From assembly GCA_047285305.1 (NCBI GenBank), contig JBJBDL010000003.1, forward strand, positions 1,472,001 through 1,536,000: a stretch of DNA of 64,000 nt, in the 5' to 3' direction. Shown here one piece after another: positions 28,405 through 35,492 of this stretch (its first letter is position 1; every line of letters starts with the position of its first letter). The notes beneath the pieces are model-generated. The model searched no databases. It was not told the origin of the DNA and saw only the letters and a list, made by a program, of their open reading frames with translations. The position numbers were made by a program, and so were the translations under genes. The DNA comes from Synechococcus sp. Lineage in GTDB: Bacteria > Cyanobacteriota > Cyanobacteriia > PCC-6307 > Cyanobiaceae.

Positions 28405-28545
28405 TCAGCGCCTCCAGCCTGTCTTCTGCATCGTCTGCCAAGCCTCAATGGCGTTGTGCCGAAGCATCCGCCTTCGAGTCATCGACTCAGGCGGGCGGGG
28501 CGGTAATCACTAAACGCTCGCAGACACAATCCCTACGTCGACAGA
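28405..28545 (-). pseudogene. DUF1651-like fragment
   Basis: LRAF/ *LPPRPPESMTRRRMLRHNAIEAWQTMQKTGWRR*; frameshift plus stops. Confidence 0.65.
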
Positions 28546-28588
28546 ATTTTTTTCTTTTAAGTTTTTTATTCCCTTGATAAGGAGTGAG

Positions 28589-28783
28589 ATGCGAGCAGCC
28601 AAAACTCCAATAGAGAGGCTGGTGTTTGGTCTTCGGTGGGAGGCCTGTCGGCTTGCCTACTTCTCGTCCATTGGTCACAACATGAAAGTTGCCGCCTTGA
28701 CCGCAAAACTACAAAAGCTTGAAGAAGACCTACGCAGAGAGAGGTATCAGTTCAGCGATGTAGGTCAGACGGGTTTCCAGTAG
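28589..28783 (+). CDS. Hypothetical microprotein
   Basis: MRAAKTPIERLVFGLRWEACRLAYFSSIGH...; AAGGAG upstream. Confidence 0.6.
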   Translation: MRAAKTPIERLVFGLRWEACRLAYFSSIGHNMKVAALTAKLQKLEEDLRRERYQFSDVGQTGFQ

Positions 28784-28790
28784 TCGCTAG

Positions 28791-28920
28791 TCAGTCAGCA
28801 TCTTGAGCCAGCTCAATCACGTTCCTCAGCGTCACCCACTGCAGCTATGTCCACGGTGGTGGCCCCTATTGCGGCAGGTCCAAATAGCCATTGTCGACAT
28901 CTGTCCAATTCCGATCAGCC
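28791..28920 (-). pseudogene. Degraded ORF fragment
   Basis: ADRNWTDVDNGYLDLPQ*GPPPWT*LQWVTLRNVIELAQDAD*: protein-like frame with two internal TAG. Confidence 0.35.
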
Positions 28921-29431
28921 TTCGGCAGCTCTCATAGTCCGCACCCCATAGCGGGGAGTTGCCACGGCACGCCGTATGGGCCTGAACGTGCTGCCTCAGT
29001 GTTGGACAACCAATTGAGGCCAGATCAAGATATGTCGCCCTTAGATCAGTCCCTGAGCGCACATACGCACTTAGTTCGCCTTCTTACAGAAGCCTCCTAA
29101 GCGTCGTCGTTGTCCTAAAGCCCAAGTGAGCACTGGTTTGATGCCGGTTGACGATCGTCATTGCAAAACAAGGTGTGCAATCAAATATTCCGCTGCTTAG
29201 GCAAACAACGCGCCTTCGGATGCCCCACGTTGTATTGGCTCAGAAGGACCCTGCTCGAGCTAAACGCGCCGTGACTGCGGACTGCTCAAGGAGTCATCAG
29301 CGGGTTAGGCACCCTCGGGCAATCGTCATCAATAAGCTGCACTATTGACACTGATAGTTATTACTAAGCGTATGTCTATTGAAATGGCTGATTGACCAGA
29401 GTTAGTGGTGAGTTGTCGATGGAAATAAGAC

Positions 29432-29611
29432 ATGACTTCAGAACCGACAGCACTACAAATGCAGCTGCCACTGTTCAACACCAAGATCACAAGTCACAAG
29501 TGCAAGCACTGCAACGGCAGTGGATACAAAAAGAGCAAATTTGATGGCTACATGCACGTCTGCAGCTACTGCAGCGGTACGGGCAGAAAGGTTGTCCTGA
29601 CTCGCAGGTGA
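29432..29611 (+). CDS. 59-aa stand-alone DnaJ-type (CxxCxGxG x2) zinc-finger microprotein
   Basis: Manual translation: MTSEPTALQMQLPLFNTKITSHKCKHCNGSGYKKSKFDGYMHVCSYCSGTGRKVVLTRR*. Confidence 0.8.
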   Translation: MTSEPTALQMQLPLFNTKITSHKCKHCNGSGYKKSKFDGYMHVCSYCSGTGRKVVLTRR

Positions 29612-29731
29612 GCAGAAAAAAGGGCCAGCCCCCAATAGGTTCCCCCCCCCATCTGAAACGCGCTAATCATGGCAAAAAAAGAGCCAGACCGACTCTGACT
29701 CGAAGTGTAAACACCTTACTAATTGAAGGCC

Positions 29732-30275
29732 TTATTCAATTGCGTCTTGCATCGCCGCAAACGATTCGGCCGAACTACGATTTCGATAGTCCGCAAAGCA
29801 CGCAGACCTGTCGTGCCTTTGGCGAAGTCGGTGTAGGTATCAATCAGGATTTCAAGCTGGCCGATCATGCCGATCAGGTGGTCTCGTAGATCACAGCGGA
29901 CAGGCCGGCTCCAGAGCCCTTTGTGAGGTTTGAGGGGACGTTGTTGCTGACCTCCAGACGGCGCCCTGAAATTTGGCTACGGCCAAGTTCAGCTCCATAA
30001 GGGCTGAGGAGGTACTGGCTCTGGGAGTCCTTGGCCTTTGCTAAAAGAGCTTCGACTTTGTCCTACGAAAGGAAACCACACGTTGCGACATCTGCGTTTT
30101 CAAAGGCCACCTCCTTTTGAGATCAAACAGGTAGTCCACTGCTGGCGTAAGTCCGTTAGTTCCTCCCGCTGCCTAACCAATTCCTGACGTTTGGAGGATG
30201 CCGGTGTGTTGGCTGCTGCTGCCGCAGCTACAGATTGAGTGTCTGACTGCGTTTTGAACGATCCTCGACAATCTG
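29732..30275 (-). pseudogene. HK97-fold phage major capsid protein, C-terminal part, frameshifted
   Basis: Stitched frames: GSSSQHTGILQTSGIG*AAGGTNGLTPAVDYLFDLK/KEVAFENADVATCGFLS*DKVEALLAKAKDSQSQYLLSPYGAELGRSQISGRRLEVSNNVPSNLTKGSGAGLSAVIY/DHLIGMIGQLEILIDTYTDFAKGTTGLRALRTIEIVVR/AESFAAMQDAIE*. Confidence 0.85.
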
Positions 30276-30523
30276 CACCCAAAAAGCACGCTTATTTAGG
30301 TAGGGCTGCTTATGACTGTCTTAGGTAGCCCTGGGGTTGGGTTGTATTTAAACCACTCATAACTCTCTTGCTTTTCCTCTCTCATAGAAAGGAGTGTGAA
30401 CAGCGTCCGAGATGTCCAGAGGTAGTCACCGCAGGGCTTTTCAGCGAAATGGCCAATAGTATCCGGCTGTTGTCGGACATGTCCGGGCTGTGATAGCACG
30501 AAGTTAGTTAAACCAACTTTGCC

Positions 30524-30712
30524 GTGTATTGCATCCATCGAGAAGAAGGCCCCGGTCGTTGGATTCAGGACCTGTGCTTCAAGACAGAGCTAAGAGCTTT
30601 TATCCGAGCAAGAACGATGTCGAAGGTGAAAGGCTGCAACTACAGAGTTGTCTGTCAGGCAACTAACGACGTGGTTGCTGTCATCGAGAAGGGCAAATCC
30701 TTAGCTGTTTAA
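30524..30712 (+). CDS. Hypothetical microprotein
   Basis: MYCIHREEGPGRWIQDLCFKTELRAFIRARTMSKVKGCNYRVV...; followed by a hairpin. Confidence 0.6.
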   Translation: MYCIHREEGPGRWIQDLCFKTELRAFIRARTMSKVKGCNYRVVCQATNDVVAVIEKGKSLAV

Positions 30713-30717
30713 AGCTG

Positions 30718-30742
30718 CAACGGGAATACAAAGCTCCCGTTG
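30718..30742. terminator. Hairpin after the 30524 ORF
   Basis: CAACGGGA-ATACAAAGC-TCCCGTTG, 8-bp perfect stem, no U-tract. Confidence 0.4.
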
Positions 30743-31197
30743 AGATTGCTCGCAAACGGAAGCAGACCTACCAAGCACTTTATCCACATCGATACCAAGC
30801 ATGTTTTGCGTTGAGCGAAACGTCGGTACCGCCTTTTGGTTCCAGGAACAGTGCTTTCAGACTGAGTTCTAAGCCTTAAGCAACGCCCGCACCAAATCGC
30901 TCAACTCTTTCAGCCTCTATCGAGTCATTTGCGAAAGCGAAAGCCCCAGTAAATTAAATAAAGTGCTGAGGATTTTAAATGGGAAAGTAGTGTTGTCGAA
31001 TGGCGACCAGCTTTTTGGATAGACGCTTATGGCAACGTCTAGCAGCTGTGTCGTAGCAGTGGCTGATCATCGAATGATTGCCCGCTTGGGCCAATGACGA
31101 TCATCTTTACCGCCGATGCACGGCAGTGGCAGGGGTTGTGTCTTGTTAACTAAAGAACCCTGACTAATACAGCTGTTTTAGCTGTTTTCAAGGGCTG

Positions 31198-31845
31198 TCA
31201 AACCCGTGCTTTAAGGCGCGGTTCCCGGCATTTTTGCACCTTTTGCACCCTTGCCTGTGACCGTGAAGTAGGCGTACGACGTTCTATCAATGCAACCGGT
31301 GAGCCTTCACACCTGATGACGCTTAATGGCTTGTCGTGCAGCTCTGCCAGCATGTACTTGCAGTAGCCGATGCTGTATGACGCGTTGTGTTCAGCAACAT
31401 GTTTGGCAGTGAGCTTCGCAGCTTCATGCGTTAGCAGAAACCTCTTACCTAGTTCCCGATCATTGGTCATCTGACCAAGTTTCACCATCCTGTCACGGAT
31501 GCCCTTGAATCTCAGACGACGGTCGTAAAAGCTGCCGCTGAATGGTAGACGGTGCAAATCTCAACGCTGCCTCTGTGGTCTTTGATCCGTTTTAAGCAGT
31601 AGGTGTCTTCAACTTCAGCGTCTTCTTTGGTGCGCCAGAACAGCAAGCCGTGAGCCTTACTGTTAAAGATGTAAGTAGAGCCGTAGATGTCCTCTTTGGT
31701 TGGTTCGTTGTTGTGCCTGTCTTTGCTCTTGGTGATGTGGTGAATGACGATGATCTCCACGCAAAGCTCAGCAGCAAGATCGTTCAGCCGGTAAATCACC
31801 AGAACGAAGCTTTGGCATCTCCTGGGTGCTCACCTATGCGCATTA
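31198..31845 (-). pseudogene. RecA-like SF4 / AAA_25 (RepA-type) replicative helicase, C-terminal remnant
   Basis: IYRLNDLAAELCVEIIVIHHITK...KEDIYGSTYIFN...LKRIKDHRG (HHxxK and DIxGS motifs); frameshift into a wHTH-like TAKHVAEH...CKYMLAEL segment; Walker A part absent. Confidence 0.7.
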
Positions 31846-31854
31846 GCGTGCGCA
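31837..31854. repeat. Palindrome TGCGCA-N6-TGCGCA (copy 2)
   Basis: TGCGCATTAGCGTGCGCA at the right island edge; related to 23340-23357. Confidence 0.4.
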
Positions 31855-31943
31855 AAAACCTGGATATGAGCAACCATAAGTGATCACATTTGTGCGGGAG
31901 ACAAAGGTGTTCATGCAGCCTAGATCATAGGCCGGGCCATTAT

Positions 31944-32714
31944 TTACGCGGATTGTGCGCTGACTGATGAGTCTTTTAGCGTCTGCTCCTCTAGCAACAT
32001 GTTGAACTGCAGAACCTGTTCATCACTGAGTTGTTGACGACTGGTCGCCCCCAGTTGTTGTTGGAGAAATGTCCTGGCTTGATCGGAGCTCCAGCCCAGC
32101 TGCTTCAACATTGCATCTCCTTGTTGAAGCAGATCACCACGACGGATGGGTGCTGGTGCTGTGGACGCGTCGTCGTTGGCTTGGATCAACTTCAACTGAC
32201 GCAGATAGGCCACCAGATCGGCATAGCGCGTGAGCTTGTGGCGGCTGCCGAGACCGAAGGCTCGGGTCAAATACTCCTGCTCCTGCTCTCGAGACCAACC
32301 AATGCGTCTGATTTCCATATCGATGGCGGTCAGCTCATCACTCCAGTCGTCAGGATCCGTTGGAGTTTCAGAGGGGGCGTTGTCAGCAGGCGTGACTGGG
32401 ACCTGATGGGTGGCATTGGGTAGCGGAGCAGACGAGGACTGGTTTTGATCAATTTTTCTCGGGCGCTCAACGGGCACCTGCCTCGGATTCGGCTCATCCA
32501 CCTGGGCTTCAGAGCGAGCTGAATTCAGTGGCTGTTGTGGCCCCTCAGTGGACCCCAGCCTGGAGTTCAGGCGTCGCAACGCTCTCTCCTCAGCCTCTTC
32601 AGCAGTGGCGGCTTCACCGAGGGTGCTGCCCTGCAGAGATCCGTCGAGCCAGGCCTCGACCCGCACGATGCATCTCAGGGTGTCGACGTGACACAGCTCG
32701 GCCCGGATCTGCAT
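31944..32714 (-). CDS. Conserved cyanobacterial hypothetical protein
   Basis: TLGEAATAEEAEERAL N-domain; repeated IGWSREQEQEYL / LGWSSDQARTFL...SRQQLSD helical units. Confidence 0.8.
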   Translation of the reverse strand: MQIRAELCHVDTLRCIVRVEAWLDGSLQGSTLGEAATAEEAEERALRRLNSRLGSTEGPQQPLNSARSEAQVDEPNPRQVPVERPRKIDQNQSSSAPLPNATHQVPVTPADNAPSETPTDPDDWSDELTAIDMEIRRIGWSREQEQEYLTRAFGLGSRHKLTRYADLVAYLRQLKLIQANDDASTAPAPIRRGDLLQQGDAMLKQLGWSSDQARTFLQQQLGATSRQQLSDEQVLQFNMLLEEQTLKDSSVSAQSA

Positions 32715-32752
32715 CGCAATGGAACAGCGCTTGCACTTTCTAGGCTGCCGCG

Positions 32753-33490
32753 ATGGACATCACTTCGCTTCCCTCACTGTCGGATTTCTTCGAAGGTGCC
32801 GATCAATGGGGTGAGGTTTTGGCCCTGCTGCCTGTTCTGGTGCTGCTCGAGCTGATCCTGTCGGCTGACAATGCCGTGGCCCTCGCGGCCATCGCCCGCA
32901 GCAGCCGCCAACCGGAGCGGGAAGGCCTTGCCCTCAACCTGGGCATTGGCATTGCACTGGTCTTGCGGATCGCCTTGATCGTTGTGGCCCAGTGGGTGTT
33001 GCAAAACGCCTGGGTGCAACTCCTCGCTGCGGCCTATCTGGTGTGGCTGGTGGTTGATCACTTCAACAACCGATCAGGCGATGATCCCGAGTCCAGCGAA
33101 GGACATGAATCCAACGGTCTGTCTCGCCCGTTTCTGAACACGGTTTTGCTGCTGGCTTTCACAGATCTGGCCTTCTCCATCGATAGCGTCGCCGCAGCCG
33201 TGGCCATCAGTGATCAGATTGTGTTGATCGGCACAGGTGCCTTCATCGGCATCGTGGCACTGCGTTTTACATCCGCCCTGTTCATTCGCTGGCTTGATCT
33301 GTATCCACGGCTTGAAACGGCTGGGTTTCTCGCCGTTGCTTTCGTGGCGCTGCGCTTGATTGTTCATGTTGTCGTGCCCAGTCTCAATCAACCTGATTGG
33401 CTCACCTTGGTGGTAGTGCTGTTGCTGTTTGCCTGGGGAATGTCGATCCGCAGCAAGGAACTTGATCAGGACGAAGGCCATGCTTGTTGA
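32753..33490 (+). CDS. TerC-family integral membrane protein
   Basis: LELILSADNA, DLAFSIDSV, YPRLET. Confidence 0.93.
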   Translation: MDITSLPSLSDFFEGADQWGEVLALLPVLVLLELILSADNAVALAAIARSSRQPEREGLALNLGIGIALVLRIALIVVAQWVLQNAWVQLLAAAYLVWLVVDHFNNRSGDDPESSEGHESNGLSRPFLNTVLLLAFTDLAFSIDSVAAAVAISDQIVLIGTGAFIGIVALRFTSALFIRWLDLYPRLETAGFLAVAFVALRLIVHVVVPSLNQPDWLTLVVVLLLFAWGMSIRSKELDQDEGHAC

Positions 33491-33818
33491 ACTTCGCCAT
33501 ATCAGTGGAGACCGTTTGCTCCATCGCGTTGATCTTGAGGATCCGCCACAACCGGGGCGATGGCTTGTTGTGGAACAGCAATCCTTCCTCGTGATGCAAC
33601 GTCGTCACCGTTACGCCCTTCGCAACGGTCGCTATGTGATGGCCTCAGTGGCCCTGTTGGTGAAACCCCAGACGCGTCCCGCCGATGCAACACCCTGGAG
33701 ACATGGCTGGGTGATCGGTGATCCCAATTGCCGTTTCAATGCCCGTAGTCCTTTGCTCCGCTGTGCTGTGTGGCCGGAAGGCCCCTGCGAGAACTGCAGC
33801 CACCGTGAACTTCGCTGA
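33480..33818 (+). CDS. Conserved cyanobacterial protein (DUF6464-like)
   Basis: RRHRYALRNGRY, IGDPNCRFNARSPLLRCAVWPEGPCENC. Confidence 0.8.
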   Translation: MLVELRHISGDRLLHRVDLEDPPQPGRWLVVEQQSFLVMQRRHRYALRNGRYVMASVALLVKPQTRPADATPWRHGWVIGDPNCRFNARSPLLRCAVWPEGPCENCSHRELR

Positions 33819-33821
33819 TTG

Positions 33822-34472
33822 ATGAAACCGGACTGGCTCACTGGGCGACTCTGTGCTGGCCATGGCGTCGCCTCCGGAACAAGCAACGATTCACCGTATC
33901 CGGATGGCACGATTCGAATGCAATTCCCCGTGTTTCAGTCCTTAGGGCTGGACCTTTCGGGCTGTTACTTCGGCACGCTAAATCTCGACTTTGCCCCCCT
34001 CGAGGTTTCACTTTCATATCCAGATCACCTGTTTGAAAAGGTGCGATGGACCGACCTCCACCCCCCCGAAACATTCTCGTTCTGGAGTGTTCAGATTAAG
34101 ACGCCCCAAAGTGAGGTTGTGAACGGCTGGATTTATTACCCACACCCCGAGACAAAGTTGCGCCATTGGCAACCGCCGACAACGTTGGAATTGCTTGCAC
34201 CGCGATTATGCGGAGTGGAAACAGGCGGCAGCATTCATCTCTGTGATCAAGGCCAACGGATCAAACTCATCGATACGGTTCGCTTGCGCGCAAGGTTGCT
34301 GGAATTTCTCAAATTCAGAGTTCTGGCCTCGCAGCAAACATTTTTTGAAGCCGACACCCTGTTGAAGCGCCAACAATGGCTCTCGACGATGTTCCCGGAA
34401 GCTCTTCAGCTTTCCGAGCAGGATCTCGATCGGGTTTGGTCTCAAGCGCGGATGTTGTACACGGAATCCTGA
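33822..34472 (+). CDS. Conserved hypothetical protein, possible riboflavin-kinase-like beta-barrel
   Basis: GHGVASG...LGLDLSGCYFGTLNL...ELLAPRL. Confidence 0.75.
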   Translation: MKPDWLTGRLCAGHGVASGTSNDSPYPDGTIRMQFPVFQSLGLDLSGCYFGTLNLDFAPLEVSLSYPDHLFEKVRWTDLHPPETFSFWSVQIKTPQSEVVNGWIYYPHPETKLRHWQPPTTLELLAPRLCGVETGGSIHLCDQGQRIKLIDTVRLRARLLEFLKFRVLASQQTFFEADTLLKRQQWLSTMFPEALQLSEQDLDRVWSQARMLYTES

Positions 34473-34473
34473 A

Positions 34474-35490
34474 TCAACCTTCGCCCAATCGATCTCCGGG
34501 AGTGGCGTTGAGTTGCTGCAACAGAACGGGGGCTGTGCTGCGTGCTTTCCCTTCCAGCTGTGCCTCCCGAATCAGAAGGGGGCAGCCTGAACTGCTCACC
34601 ACAAGCCCCAGATCTTCAATCACTGCAAGGATCGTCCCTGGGGGATGCCCGCCGGTGGGCCATTGGCCCACGAGGTTGCGTCCCTCAGGACTGAGTTGAT
34701 CCTGCAGGCGCTCGATCAACGGCTCCGTGCGCAACACCTTCAGGCGTTTGCCCTGCCACTGGGTGAACGCTCCGGGATGAAGCCCCATCACCTTGCGATG
34801 AATGCTGAGGGCAGGGGCAGACCAATCCAATTGGAAATCCTGCTTCTCCAGCATGCGGGCGTAGGTCGACCCCTCGGCCTGAACCCGCACTTTGAGCCTT
34901 GCCAATCTCTCGTCTTCTGGACCCGGTCCCGCCGCTTCAATCAGTGGCATCGCCTGAACCATCAGCTCTGCAGTGAGAGCACTGAGCCGTTCGGCCAAGG
35001 CGATGGAAGGTTCCAGCAGCTGGATCGGGGTGCGTCGCTCGAGCAGAACCGGACCAGTATCGAGCCCTTCTTCCATGGCCATGATCCCCACACCCGTTTC
35101 CTGATCCCCTTCGAGCATGGCCCACTGGATGGGACCAGCACCGCGCCAACGCGGTAGAAGTGATCCGTGGCCGTTCCAGCAGCCCAGAGGAGGCTGCTCT
35201 AACACATCCTTTGGAAGGATCTGTCCGAAGGCAACGACCACCGAGGCATCAGCTCCGAGTCCAGCAAGCTTGGCTTTGCAATCGTCATCCCGTCGGATCC
35301 GTTCAGGGGTGAACACAGGAAGGCCGAGTTCTTCCGCTCTCGCCTTCACCGCTGATGGAACCAGCTGTTTCCCTCGACCCCGCCGACGATCCGGCTGCGT
35401 TACTACCCCAACAATGGTATGACCCGCATCATGAAGTGCATTAAGAGTCGGCACCGCATAGATCGGTGTCCCCCAGAACAGAATGTTCAA
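34474..35490 (-). CDS. fmt: Methionyl-tRNA formyltransferase
   Basis: ILFWGTP, VVTQPDRRRGRG, VVAFGQIL, NGHGSLLPRWRGAGPIQ, GLDTG; TTG start at about 35490. Confidence 0.97.
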   Translation of the reverse strand: MNILFWGTPIYAVPTLNALHDAGHTIVGVVTQPDRRRGRGKQLVPSAVKARAEELGLPVFTPERIRRDDDCKAKLAGLGADASVVVAFGQILPKDVLEQPPLGCWNGHGSLLPRWRGAGPIQWAMLEGDQETGVGIMAMEEGLDTGPVLLERRTPIQLLEPSIALAERLSALTAELMVQAMPLIEAAGPGPEDERLARLKVRVQAEGSTYARMLEKQDFQLDWSAPALSIHRKVMGLHPGAFTQWQGKRLKVLRTEPLIERLQDQLSPEGRNLVGQWPTGGHPPGTILAVIEDLGLVVSSSGCPLLIREAQLEGKARSTAPVLLQQLNATPGDRLGEG

Positions 35491-35492
35491 CG

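Larger units (their letters stand above)
21300..31900. mobile_element. Genomic island / hypervariable region of microproteins and decayed mobile-element genes
   Basis: Visibly lower GC than the flanks, no long ORFs, many pseudogenes, capsid and helicase relics; boundaries approximate; no integrase seen. Confidence 0.8.

Noticed and set aside
29453..29635. Minus-strand 60-aa ORF in the track
   Set aside because: Shadow of the plus-strand CxxCxGxG microprotein at 29432-29611.
21300..30200. Stop-codon readthrough or recoding suggested by many in-frame TAG codons in island genes
   Set aside because: The same relics also contain frameshifts, TGA stops and lost start codons; ordinary decay explains this and no suppressor tRNA is present.
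29608..30282. Track ORFs 29608-29889(+) and 30100-30282(-)
   Set aside because: Antisense or off-frame readings of the capsid relic.
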